Source: Camelus ferus
Lineage: Eukaryota
NCBI RefSeq assembly: GCF_009834535.1
Contig: NC_045696.1
Coordinates: 104,472,001 to 104,536,000, forward strand
Direction of reading: 5' to 3'
DNA length: 64,000 nucleotides
Positions 1 to 12,900 of the stretch are shown piece after piece. The notes beneath the pieces are model-generated. The model was not told where the DNA came from. It worked only from the letters and a program-made list of their open reading frames with translations, and made no database searches. The position numbers and the translations under genes are program-made. Every line of letters begins with the position of its first letter. Within the stretch, counting starts at the first letter, position 1.

Positions 1-99
1 CTCTGCAATGGGAACAGGAATTGAGAAATCTCAGGGTAGCCTGTGGTGCCCAGGGAAGGCGCCGGTCAGACCGAGAGGGAGGCAGAAAGCTACACTTCA

Positions 100-285
100 T
101 GCAATGTGCTGTGTCACCACATTTAGTCCTCCCAACCCTATGGAGGGTTATTTTATCCCCATCTTACAGATGGGGAAACCGAGACACCATGAAGGTATTA
201 ACTTTCTCAAGTTTACACATGGGAGAGCTGGGATTCAAACCCAGGAAGTCAAGTTCCAAAATCTAAACACTTATCCACAAAGCCA
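100..285 (-). mobile_element. MIR SINE
   Basis: tttatccccatcttacagatggggaaaccgagac...gagctgggattcaaacccagg core. Confidence 0.8.
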
Positions 286-1219
286 GGCTACCATTCACAG
301 CCAAGTCCATGAGAGGGCACGGTCTCTTGTTTTTATAAAGACTGGAATTCCAGAATCCTCCAGGGTGCTTTCAAACTGGTTAAGCCAAGCCTCTGATCTC
401 TAGTATGGGCAAAGCAAAGTAAAAATAAGGACAATGATAAAACAATATCATTTATTATCATCTGGCATGAATCAGGGGCTCTATGCAGATATCTAATACT
501 CATTAACCCATTTTTCAAATGAGGACATGGGAGTGTGGAGGGCTTAAGTAATATTCCTAAGTTCCCACTGCTAAAGGATGGCCACAGTGAGATGTGAACC
601 TGAGGTTTTCTGCTCAAACACCACGCTCTCACTTCTGTGTGCTTCCTTCTGCCCTCTGAGGCCGTGCATCTTCTCCAAGTGAAACGCACACACAACTGGT
701 CTTCCTCTTTCAGGCGCCCTGGGAAGGTCAAGCCTCATCTGCCACCCGAGCAAGTGGCTGCAGGCAGACGCACACCTGCCCTGCAGCATTCACGTGACGT
801 CCCCTCACTCTGCTTGTGTTCTTATTAAAACAAAAAGCTGTATTACTTTGCTGTTTTACTTGGTAAAAATTTTAACGTTTATCATTTGTGCTTTTCTGTT
901 GCCAACCCCTTCAACTCCTGGCCTGCCCAGCCCACTGCCATAGACATACCAGTCGTATCCGTCAGGGAACCTAGATCCACGACTTTCCTGGCGAAAGAGT
1001 GTAGGTTTGGTTCAGTTCTCAGCTCTTCTATTTACTAGCCAGTTGATGAGGGCAAGTTGTTCTATTTCCTGTCTAAGCCTCAGTTACCTCCCATCTGAGT
1101 AATGGGACAATACTCAACTCTAAGCTCCTTCAGGACCAGGATAGAACTTCACTCACTGCTGCAGCACCTGGCAATGTACCCCGCACACAGCAGCCTTCCC
1201 TCAACACATGCTGCTTCCT

Positions 1220-1805
1220 TTTAAAGTTGCTTTTTTTATTCTACCATAAAACAAGATGCTGAAAGGCATACAAAACAAGCTTAGAGCTTAATTCTAGACT
1301 GAATTTCCTTCCAGCCACTGACTAGGCTGAGAAAGAACTTTACAGCTCCCAGGAGCCCATCCTGGGTCCCACCACAGTCACAACCCCTTTCCTCCTCCCG
1401 AGAGGATCCAATGCCCTGACTTTTACAGTCTTCACTTCTACAGTTTTATCACTCAAATCTGTATCCCTAGACACTGCATTTTAGTTTTTCCCATAAAGAA
1501 CCTAATCTGTTACTCTTTAAAGTCCTTTTTAATCTATAGATTTCTCCTCCATTGCTTTCTTTTCCCACAGTTTATCTGCTGAAGAACGTGGGACATTTGA
1601 CCTGTGGAATTTCCCAGTCTGGATTTTGTTAATTGCACACCCACACGCAGTTCAAAATGTTGCTCTGTCCCAGCATTTCCTGCCAATAGGCAACCAGATT
1701 CAGGCTCATCTCGCTCATTTTCCACCTCAAACTTGGAATTAGCTATTTCTTCAAGAAAACCTAGTTTCTCTTAATGCAAATGATAATACTAAGTTCACAA
1801 TCTGG
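1220..1805 (-). mobile_element. Old L1 (L1MC/ME) 3' UTR fragment
   Basis: tctgctgaagaacgtgggacatttgacctgtggaatttcccagtctggattttgtt; ttggaattagctatttcttcaagaa. Confidence 0.6.
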
Positions 1806-2059
1806 ATAATGAAAGCAGAGACCCCCCAAAGTTCTGATCACCAGATCACTGCCTGATAGGGAGTAACTGCTGAAAAAAAATACGTGTTAAATGAACTTAG
1901 AAGTAGAGAGCACTTATTCTACCTACAGTTTACCATCTATCTATCATGTCTACCGACTTATTTAACCATATGTCTATGATGAGGTGCTGGCCCTACACCA
2001 CACTTCCGTGGGTCAAGTGTTGTGCTGCCATTCTCCTCACCAACCTTCCTTTACAGTCA

Positions 2060-2240
2060 TTATACCATTTAATCCTCACGACCACCCGTGAGGTGCTTAC
2101 AGTTATCCTCATTTCACAGAACTGAGGCTCAGAGAAGTGAAGTGACTCACCAAGGTCACACAGCTAATAAAGGCAGAGCTCAACCACAGACTCAAGTCTG
2201 ACAGACTCCAAAGTCTGCATGCCTTTCACTGCTCCTCCAT
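2060..2240 (-). mobile_element. MIR SINE
   Basis: atcctcatttcacagaactgaggctcagagaagtgaagtgactcaccaaggtcacacagct. Confidence 0.8.
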
Positions 2241-3524
2241 GGATATTTTCCCCCAAAATGCATTTGTTCATTTGAAACTTTAATCTCAGTTGAGATTTGC
2301 TATAAGTCAGTGAGTGAATAAATGCCTGACTTCACGGGGCCGAGTGTAGACACAGCCTGGCTTTGCACTCTGCCTGTGAAAGAATCTTTTCTTTCCTTAT
2401 TTTCTTTTTGGTTCCCAGTGTGACATGTTTTTTTTGCTAGATATGCAGAGGGATATTTTGAATATTCTGGGATAAGCCTGAAGGTATATTTTACTCTTGG
2501 TTTGTGAGGCTCATTTTATTCATATGTTTACAGATGTAAAAAAAAGTGGATGATATCAGATACTTCTTCAACCTATTCAAGTCTCAGTTCACATGTATAT
2601 GCCAACTATGGGCTCATGTTTGGTTTGAGTCTAGATAACAGGTCTAAGGGTTTCTCTTTGCTTTGTGCCCACAGAGCTAAAGCCTCATTGCCCCCTTATA
2701 TTTGTGATGGGAATGAAATCTTTGTTGTGCTTGATGGAAGGGTATGTGACCCTTTTAATAGAAGCAGACCACATTACAAAGCTGAAACTGAGCTCTGTTT
2801 CCAGGGCAACCTAAATAGAAGGACAAAGGGTGCAATCTAACATTTCATGTAATATCACAAAGGCAGATATTAGATTTTGCTATTGGGAGAGGAAAGAGTT
2901 CTCTTTCCCACGAGCACATGGAAAGTTACCACTTACTCACCAAAGAGAAGAAGGCAATGAACCCAGGGGGTCAAGCACAGGAATGGCTCTAGCACTGTCC
3001 TGTCTTCATCTTGGGCAATGGAGTCAGGACAGTGTTAGGAGGAATAATTTATCCCTCCTGATAAAGAGGAGGGAAGGCCAAATATGTCTGCACCTTGAAT
3101 TAGCCTGGAAGATTGTAAGGAAATTGACTGCAGAGCCTCCGCCGGTCTGTTCTTGGAAGCTGGTGTGGCTCTTGATGGCAAAATGGCCACAAGACCTGGA
3201 AGGGAGAGATGAGGACTCAAAGTAACGCCAAGGACCTTTGGGAGACTCTGGATGCAAAAGAGGGATCGTTTCTGAGATCTTTGTGGACACCCCAGTTCAT
3301 AAATACCACTTATAATTTCCGATTTAACCTCTCACTTGTGGCTAAAATCGTGACTTTTTCAGACCTCTGCACTTTACTCACTTGCATGGCCAGCAGAGAC
3401 AATTTGAACAAAAAGTGACGTTTCTGCTTAAAAAAGGAAAAAAGGACACTTATTCGATCCTATGGATGCTGATTATCAGAAGACACACCCAGGCCTCTAG
3501 GCCCCGATGGGTCTCAGATACACA

Positions 3525-4076
3525 GCTGTAAAATGCACCCGAGTTTGTTTTAATCAGGTATGGTAAGGTACACACACGAAGGAAGAAGTTTTTATACCAT
3601 GATCCCTAGAAACGGGAGGCATGGCGTACCCTGCAGGGCCACACACGGAGCACCAGGGATGGTCAGGAGGCAGAGAGGGTGAGAGGAACTGCAGGTGAGA
3701 GGCTTCTTTGTGGTTTTTGCAGGAAGAAATGAGAGAAGCAAGGATAGCAATCCGAACAAGTTTAATATTGGGTGGCTAGAGTATGCTCAGTGGGCTCTGG
3801 GCTATAAGGGTGGTTCCTAGTTGTCCAGTATCGGCCCTGGAATACTTTTTAGAGCAGATGGATAGTGTCCTGATCTGCAGGAGTCCAATCAAGGGACACA
3901 GGTTGGGGTATGGACTCAGGATTGGTTGGCTTTCATAGAAAAGCTGTGCTGGCAGGCAAGTCATTTAGTAGCTCTAGGAATGAACTAACTTTGGGAGAGG
4001 CAATTCCTCCCTGAGTCCACAAGGCCCGAGAACCTCAAAGCATCAAAATACAGGAGAAAAACCTATGGCTGATACA
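3525..4076 (-). mobile_element. ERVL LTR (MER74/MER76/MER88-like)
   Basis: ctctaggaatgaactaactttgggagaggc...aaagcatcaaaatacagg...ggctgataca is the reverse complement of the family 5' end; similar copy at 42915-43436. Confidence 0.7.
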
Positions 4077-4569
4077 CACAGAGACAAGGCTGACACCCGT
4101 GCTTGTAGCCGCGAGAGCAGCCAAGTCCACCTTGCTCTGTATCCCCACACTCCTAGGTCATTTTCCAAATCCCTTAAAATTACTCCTGCTGGTTTTCTTC
4201 TGTACTTTCTGAAAACCTCAGAATTTTCTCTCTAGGCCCTCTACAACCATGATACATGGCAAGCAAACAACATATTTTTTTAAATATTGTGCTCAATTCC
4301 AATTCAGGGTTGGGAGATCAGATTGGGCCCCCCTTCATCATTCATACCACCTCCTGAGCACCCTCCTTAAGCACGGTCTAAAAATCCCAGGTTCAATTTC
4401 TCCATTCCTGTTGTGACCCATGCACCATCAACTATTCTTTTTCATTGTCACCACCTTTGTCCATTTGTTTGTCTGCTTCAAGAAATCCATAACATCCCAA
4501 GCTTGTATTTTTTTGTGAGCCTCCCTTTAATCTCATGGTATCCACTTTAAAGTAGGCCTTCCTTCATAT

Positions 4570-6200
4570 GCAGCTTTAGCTTATCAAAGTACACTTAGAG
4601 CTAACATTACAACACTTTTGAGAACCATGCAACAGTATAACTCCATTCACCTCCCTCACCATTTGTTCCATTGTGTTTATGTATTTTACATCCACGTGCA
4701 TAGTAAGCCCACAACACACTGCTGTAATTGTTGCACTAAAAGCCATGGTCATTTAAAGAAATTAAGAAGGAAGGAAAGGTGGTCTTTTATATTTACTGCC
4801 ATATTTGCCATTTCTAGTTCTCTTTTTTCCTTCCCATAGATGTTTTTCCATCTAGTATCATTTCCTTTCTATCCTGAAAACCTGCTTTGTCATCCCATTG
4901 TCTTTGGGGCTCCTTCATTACCAGTAAAATATCTGCTGCAATCCATACTGTTGTTCTCTCGTATGAAATTTTCCTTTTCTTTTTCTCTGTATGCTGTCAA
5001 ATTTTTCTCTTTGTTTTTCACTTTCAGTAGGTTGAGGACAATGTGATTAGGTGTGATTTTCTTTGTATTTATCCAGTTTGGAGCTTTCTTACCTTAATCA
5101 AACTTTAAAATACTGTTCTGCACCACATTTTGAAAATTTTTTGAACTTCTTTTTAATTAATTCTTTTATGGTCCATTCACTTACTCTTGTCCTTTGGTCC
5201 TTTTGAGACCTTTCTCCTCCTCTCTCCCTCCTCCCTCTCTGGTTCTGATTTTAAGAAATTCTTCTCCTCTCCTCTTTGTTTTTCACATTGTACAATTGCT
5301 TTTGATCTCTCTTCCTCTTCATTGACTCTCTCTTCTTCTATCTCCAACCTGCTGCTAAATCCACCCTTTCACTTTCCATGTTAGCTTTTACATTTCTTTG
5401 CTAGTATTCCCTATCTGTTCACTCACTGTGACAATATTTACCTTAAAGCTTTAAAACACTTAAAATAACTGCTTTAAAATTACTTTCTGCAAATTCCATT
5501 ATGTCTGTCATCTCAGAGTCTGTTTCTCTTGAATGATTTTACTCTGGACCTTAGGCCACATTTTCCTGTTTCCTCGCATGTCTAGTAATTTATATTTCAT
5601 ACTGAGAACTGTAGATTGTACATAGAAGGAACTCTGGATTCTGTTCTTACTCTGAGATTGTTGATTTTTATTAAATTACTGGATTAATTACAAAGGTATC
5701 ATTACTATTTAACTTCAAGATAATTAAATTACCTTGTACCTGTAAAGTTTGGTTTTATACTACATAAGGGTATTTCTGTTTGGGTTTACTCTTAATCATG
5801 GACAAGTCCCTTAATCCTGACATATAATCTTTATTTTTAATATGTGTCTCTTCTGATATTTCATTGGAAAACTCTAGGTCTTTACTTAGTCCTTCTAACT
5901 TGGAGGAATTCCAAACTTTGTTTCATTTGCAGAAGACAGTAGTTAAAAATCTCTGATTCACTTTTTCATCTTTCTTGCTATTGCTTTTCACTGGTTTTCC
6001 AAATTCTCCTCCATGTGTACACAGTTTAGTGGTCAGCCAAGGATTTCAGGGAAGTTTATAGTTAGAGTTTGAGATCTTTACCTGTATATCCCCCTCTTTC
6101 TGGTATTAAACTTCCAGGAACTCCAGCATTGATGAACTTCATCCTATAACACCTGAGACTCAAAGAACTATGGCTTGCTTTCTTTGTTCCTTCTTTCTTT
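4570..6200 (-). mobile_element. Old L1M fragments
   Basis: T-rich plus strand with L1M motifs (ttctctttgtttttcactttcagtag, ttcttctatctccaacctgctgctaaatcc). Confidence 0.7.
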
Positions 6201-6229
6201 CTTTCTTCCCTTCATTTTTTTTACATTTT

Positions 6230-6710
6230 TCTTTACCTTTTTTTTCAATTCTTATTTTTAATATCTTTATTGAATAGCTTTATCTGTGAAGTTTATTTTA
6301 TATGTCATAAAAGTCACTTCATTATAAGTGTACAAATCAATAATTTTTTAATAAATTTATAGACTTGTGAAACAATATCACAATCTGGTTTTAGAACACT
6401 TCCATCACCCCAGTATGGCTGTGCTCATTTACAGTTGACTCCTACTCTGACCTGAGCCCTAGGAAACTACTGATCTGTTTTCTGTCTCAAAATTGCCTTT
6501 TGTGGACAGTTCATGTAAATAAAGTCATGGAATATGTAGTCTTTGTCATCTAGTTTTTAGCCTAATGTTCTTGAAATTCATCCATGTTGTGTAAATCAAT
6601 AGGTTATTCCTTTGCAGTTGCTGAACAGCATTCCAAGTATGGATACACAATAGATTATTTATCCATTCACCTATTAAAGAACATCTTGGATTTGTTTTGT
6701 TTTATTTTGG
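6230..6710 (-). mobile_element. L1MA/MB 3' end
   Basis: ttttagaacacttccatcacccc...ttgccttttgtggacagttcatgtaaat...tttatccattcacc. Confidence 0.8.
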
Positions 6711-9405
6711 AAGCTTTTTTCCAATGTTCCCCAGATGATACTTACATAGCCAGATGCTACTTGTAGGTCTATGGACCAGTGTTTGGGAATCACAGTGAAG
6801 AAGATCAGAATATGACATTCAGGTAAGGACTCATTTTTAAAATTTAAGAAGAACTTTTTGGATACATATTTGTGTTAGACACTGTGTTAAAGATTAAAGA
6901 GATGAATAAGACATGAGATCCCAGCGTAGTGGAAAAAAATGAACCAACAAACAAATAAGTGTAATAAAGTGTGGAAAATGATGTGATAAAATTCTGGAGC
7001 CCACATGGAGTTAAGGTCAATTCTCTATGGGAGAAGGAATAACAGGAAAGTCTTTTTCAAGGATGTGAGCCTTGAGTCTTGAAAGATGGTCTTGAAAGAT
7101 GAACAGGTAATCGGCCAGTCAGTTAGTGGAAATAATTTGACTGCTCATGACACATTCTCTTTTATTCTTAAAAGCCAGATAGGGGCATACAAAGTGTTGT
7201 CGAATCAGCCTGTGCCTCAGAATTGTATGGAAGAAAATTATTCCTATGAGTGTCTGCTGAGATCAACGGATGGAGAAATATGGTGAAAACTTGGCAGATA
7301 TCCCATTCTGCCAAGCTATGTAAATACTTCTCAACAAGATAAACACATAATGGAAAAGAACATGAAGCTTTGGAGAATGGTGGACTTGATCCAACACCTT
7401 AGGCAAATTACTTAATCTGTCACAGCCTCAATTTCAGTATCTATAAAATGGAGTGAAGAAATAACTTCAAAAGTAACTGTGCAATTTAGACTTAATGTAT
7501 GCAAATCAATGAATTTAGGGATTGGCACACAATAACCTCTAAAAAATAGTAGTTTTCCTTCTTTTCCTCACATATAATGTTATTGACTGTTTGCTTTTCT
7601 TGCACCTAAGGCTACAAGAAGTTAATGCAATCACAAGGCTTATTTGTTTACCTTTTGATTCCAATTTCCATTGTTTCAAGAAAGCTACCATCTTCTAAGT
7701 AACCAAGGGATGCAGTTGCTGTCTCATAATGAGGTCTTGCTTCCTTCTAAATATGCATTAATTGTCAAGGTGATGGAGGAGGTTCATTACTTAAAAGCAT
7801 AATTAAAGGGCACTTTCTTTAGCTAAACTAATGAGCAGAAAGTGTAGCAATATTTGCATGTTTACACATTAAGGATGGAAACAGATGACTCATAGGAGAA
7901 TGGGAGGAAGGCGGGAAGATAAGGCAAATTAATCTCACTGCCCAGGGCCTCTAGGGTTACTGCTTTGCAAGATGTCCTCAGCGAAGTGGTCTTCCGCAGG
8001 AAATCAGCTCCACTGACTTCTCTTGTTTTAGGGGATGAACAGCCCTCTCGCCACTGCACCTCAGGAACAGGCTGATGCTTATTTCAAAAGACTCTAAAAC
8101 ATGACTCCTGATAAGCTGAGCTTGGAATCTGTTTCTCGCTGGATATCCATGTCCTGTTCTAAACATTCGGGTATCAGCAAGGATATTGATCCACTCTTGT
8201 CACCTCGTGTATTCACTAAGGTAAATTCTCCCAAGTCAATAACAGCACTTTTCACTCTTTAGGTGTGTATGTGTTTTGAGGTCATATTCAAGGTCCTTCC
8301 ATTTACTAGACAAGATGTAGTAAGCACCCCGATCTGCCTCCTATTTGTCATCCTTAACCTGGTTGTTATGCCTGAACTGCAAGACTTTTGTTAGAATTAA
8401 AAGAAAGTGTCTGGCACAAAGTAAGAATGGAAATGATGTTCAGTTCAATTCTCCTCACTATACAGGGAATTCACAGTGATCAGTGTCTCTGCCTCGTGTC
8501 TCCTAAATGAGGGGGTTAGCATTAGAATGTGTGATTTTATATTAGGCTTCAATTTTGCCAATTTCTTGTCTTTCTACACTGTGAAAGTGACAGAGAGAAA
8601 AAATATATTTCATGTAACAAATGCAGACACTTGGGTTTGATGCCAAGGAGGAGTCTCCTTCCCCTCCCATTGGCACTCAAATCCCCAAAGCAGTCTAGAA
8701 AGACAGGAGCAAGGCACAGCCAGTGTGGTGACCGAGTTAAAGCTGCTTCCACTGGGACCACCTCAAGACTTGAGCATCTTATCAGTGAAACAGTGATTCG
8801 ATTTACTAAGTATTTATAATTGTGTTGACATTGTTTTCTTCTTTTTAACAGTAAAATGAGAGACACTGGTTTTAAATATGTATTACAGGATGCCTACTGG
8901 AAAAAAAAAAGTGCATGTGTTGCCTCTGGGCAGATGTACAGGCTAAGACACAAATAATGATTTCACGGGAGCAAAAGGAATTACTTAGCAGATGCTCATT
9001 TGGGAAAAAGAAACCAGAGAGGAGCCAGGGCTGCCAGCACAGGGAGAAAGGTTAGAACAATTCAGCATCTTTGATTTGTTTAAATCTACCAGTGGCAGAG
9101 CCTTCTCTTTCAAGTCAGAATGAGAGAGCGGGAGAAGCCAGTGAAATTGCAACAGAGAATGATATTCCTGCAGCTCTCTCTTCACCAGGAGTCTGGATTC
9201 TCCCTTAGCACAGGCTTTTCAGAAGAAAAAGTAAGGAAGATCCTTTGAGTAATAATGGAAGTCCAACAGAGACTTGAGAAGCCAGCTCTTCAAGCAAATG
9301 TCTCAGGACGTATTGATAAGCAAGGCTCGGGAAACCCTCAGTGGGTTTGTGGAAACTATGCCCCCAGTATGACACAAATGGAATTATCTATTTGTCATGG
9401 GATAT

Positions 9406-9561
9406 ATTTTTTTATTGAAGTATAATTAATTTACAGTGTTGTGTTAGTTTTTATATTCAATAGCTTGTCATAACCTATAATGAAAAAGAATATGGAAAAG
9501 AATATATGTATATGTATAACCGAATCGCTGTGCGTCATGCGATGAAACTAGCACGACACCG
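9406..9561. mobile_element. Short L1 3' end with an inverted segment
   Basis: Minus-strand terminus (T-run + attgaagtataattaatttacagtgttgtgttagttt) joined to plus-strand 3' UTR (tatattcaatagcttgtcataacctataatgaaaaagaatat...). Confidence 0.75.
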
Positions 9562-9789
9562 TCGTGGGGTCTTACTGCTGGTTAGGTATGTGATCAGCCG
9601 CACTCACAGCCAGCAGCACTCATCTGTACCTCGCTAAACCTCTCTTTCTTCCCTTTACTCTCTGCACTTTTGTCTCTTGGCAGTTTCCCCCTTTTAGTCA
9701 TGGGCCTGCCCCTGGAACTCTACAGGAGGCCCTTCTTCTCAATAATAGTAGCAGTGGCTATTTGCTAACTGCACACTGTAGATCAAAAA

Positions 9790-10190
9790 CTCTGCCTGTG
9801 CTCTTGGGGCAAACCAGAACAGAGGGTTCATTGTGTGCTGGTTCCAGGGAGGAGGAAAGAGGAAGTGGGAGTGAGAGTCAGGGAAGGAGAACGAATCAGT
9901 ACAAGGGGGAGGTTGTCAACGTCATGGCTGCGGCAGGGGCGTGTGGGGCGGGGAGGGGGTGTGGAGGGGGCTGGCTTCCCCCAGGACTCCTGAGAGGAGT
10001 ACAAGGGGGAGCTGCCCAGAAATGCTCCCCACCTCCATGCCCATTGGCTGCTCCCGTGCCCTCTGGGTGAGGGGCGCTCCCAGGGCAGTCAGGCTGCTGC
10101 TCCTGGACTGTGCTCCCTGGAGCCAGCAGACTCCTCTTGCCTAGAAGCAAGCCCTGGGGCAGAAAGCTGAGAGCCCAGTGAGGTGTGAAC
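9790..10190. mobile_element. Old ERVL-type LTR (LTR16/LTR33/LTR41-like), tentative
   Basis: gagtgagagtcagggaaggagaa...cccattggctg...gcaagccctggggcagaaag pattern. Confidence 0.4.
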
Positions 10191-10776
10191 TCGAGGGGAG
10201 ACCTTCCAGTGAAGCAGCTTCTGTGCTTCAGGGGAAGGACAGGTATTATCTAGAGAATCTCATTTGCATATCCACTTGGTCAATTTTGAAGCTTCCAGGT
10301 GAGGCTCTGTCAAGAGAAAGAGGATTTTCTAAGTTGGTGTTAGCATTTTCAGAACCAAGCATAAAGGATTCAGTGTTTCTTCCCTAAAGGCAGAGAGCGA
10401 TCTTTTCCACTTACCATGGCTGGCGATGGGGCTCGCACCACCTTCGGCTGGAAAAAGAATATGTCTTAGGGAAGAGGGAAAGGCTAAATCTGCCCCCTGG
10501 GATCCTAGACCAGAGGCTTGTGAGGAGGGAGTCTTGGTGAAAAGCAGAGCAGGCAGTGATGGGAGGTGCCAGAAGGCAGTGCCTCTTGTGCCCTCCCTCC
10601 TAGGGCCACATCTCCTTGGGAAGCGGCTGTGTAGAGATTGAAGCAGAGGTTCCCCATGCTGGGGTACAAAAGAGTCTCTGATCCATTCTGGAAATCTTGG
10701 CCCAGGGTCACCTCAGAACCATGTAGGGAGGAGGCAGCCTGAGGCAGCTCCAGGCCTCCCCAAGGCTCATGAATGA

Positions 10777-11256
10777 TGTCTGTATTTCCTATTGCTGCTG
10801 TAAGAAATAATCTCCAACTTTGTGGCATAAAACAACACAGATTTCTTATCTTACAGGTTTGGAGGTCAAAAATCTGAAATGAGTCTTGCTGGGCTGCAGT
10901 CAACGTGTCGGCCGGGCTGCCTTCTTTGTGAAGACTGGAATGGGCAAGCTGTTTCTTCCTCTTTGTTTCCAGCTCATAGAGGCCCCCAGGCTGCCATTCT
11001 TTGACTGGTGGTCCCACATCACTCTGACCTCTGCTTCCTGTCACATCTTCTCTGACTCTAACCCTCCTGCCTCCCTCCGATAAGGACCCTTGTAGTTACA
11101 CTGGATCCATCTGGATAACCCAGGGTAATCTCCCCAGATTAGGATCTTTAATTTAATCACATCTGTCAAGACCCTTTGCCATGTAAGGTGACATAGTCAC
11201 AGATTTCAGGGATTCGGAGGTGGACATCTTTGGAGTTCATTGGTCTGTCTACCACA
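10777..11256 (-). mobile_element. MaLR LTR, MLT1B/C/D-like
   Basis: tgtatttcctattgctgctgtaag...aaaacaacacagatttcttatcttacag...ctaccaca. Confidence 0.82.
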
Positions 11257-12569
11257 GATGGCTGGCTGGGGACCCTGAGGAACTCAGGTGAGGTGTTGGG
11301 GTGTGGAGGTCACCAGTCAGCAGAGATGGGACAGGATGAAAGGCTGTCAGGGATGGAGCTTTGAGGTGGAGGGAACACGGCTCAGGCAATGGGTGAAGTG
11401 GTGGGTTTTGGCATGCTGGTGCATTCTCTCAAGACAACAGACTGACCATGGGGCTGACCATGGCAGCAGTCACATTTCCAGAGAGCAAGAAATCCAATCA
11501 CTGCCTAGTCCCGACCTGAGAGGACTGAGGGTGTCCTAGGTTGGTCTGAAGACCCTGCTCTGCCAACACCATGAAGCCACAGAAGCCACCTCTCTCCAAA
11601 TGTCTAGAAGCTCTTGGACATGGAAGAGGCAGGGAGAGGGACTCTGAGAGAAGTAGGGGCTTGTCAGGGGCCCTTACATATTACAGAGAAATGCAGAAGT
11701 GAGAGTCACTGTATTTCTGACTCTCCCCACATCCATTTTCCATTCAGAAAAACTCTGCAAGTTGGCATCTTAGAAAAAGTCATTTGGGATTCTGCGTAAA
11801 GGAGAGGCAAAAGAGGTTCCTGAGATTCTGCCACCCCTCTGTGTGGGACACATGTTCCTAAAGGAAGGCAGGTCTCGCTGAAGGCTGGTGTACAGGGCAG
11901 CACGGTGAGCGGGGTGGCATCACTGTGTTAGGAGAAACACGGCCAGCACATCCAAGAGTTAGTCTTGAACTGCGGAATTAGAGTACTGACAATGCCTAAT
12001 TATTTTGCTCACTAAGAGGACTGGTCTGGACTGGACTGACCATTCTCCAATTAACTCCTCGGCGCTTGGCTATAACAGTGATTGAAAGAACCCATCTGAC
12101 TCCCGGTGTGGCTGGAAGAGCAGATCCGGGTAAGCTGATTTCCATCATTCTAACACGCTTTCCTCATCAGGAATAAAGGATTTAGCCTCTTCCAGGAGCT
12201 TGAGGATTCTATGCAAGTAGAAGGGACTTAATGGGCAAAAGCGTTGGCCTGACAAATGTGAGTATTTGGCTCAAATCCTGGCTCTGCCATTTGCTTCTGG
12301 GGGAGCGTGGGCCTGTGACTTACTCTCTCCTTTCTGTGGGGGGAAGGAAGACCACCCGGGGAAGGGCCCCTGCTCCACTCGTGCCCGTCCTTCCCTCTGG
12401 GTGTGGTGAGGGGCCACCGCGGACCAGACCTGCTCCCTGCTCCCTTGCCACTGGGCATCCAGCATCCTTCACGGGGTGGGGAGCAGGGGGCTGGGACAGG
12501 AAGGGCTTAGAAAGGACAAGAGGGCCTCACTGAAGAAGAGCCACACTTCTCACACGGTCTTGTTATGGT

Positions 12570-12900
12570 GTGGCTTTCCTGTGTCCCCATGATAGTGGGG
12601 TTTTCTTTGTTTTGTTTTGTTTTGTTTTTGTTCTTTATCAGCGACCAGAGTATAAAGAACAGAACATTTGTTTGGTCTGATGATGTATGTTTTTAAATGA
12701 GAAAATCTTAAAAAGTGGAAGATCTCCTATAAAAATCCGATTTCCTACTTCTGAACACTTGGAAGTGCAGCATCAGGTCTGGATTCAGGGTGGCCTGGGG
12801 TGGCGTGGTGCTGAGTCTGAACGAGAATCCGCCTCACCCAGCCAGGCAGCCGCACTCACTTCGGCTGCTTCTCCCGTCCATAATTATTAGAGTTTGAAAC
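12570..12900. mobile_element. MER102-like hAT element (tentative)
   Basis: gatctcctataaaaatccgatttcctacttct motif. Confidence 0.4.
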
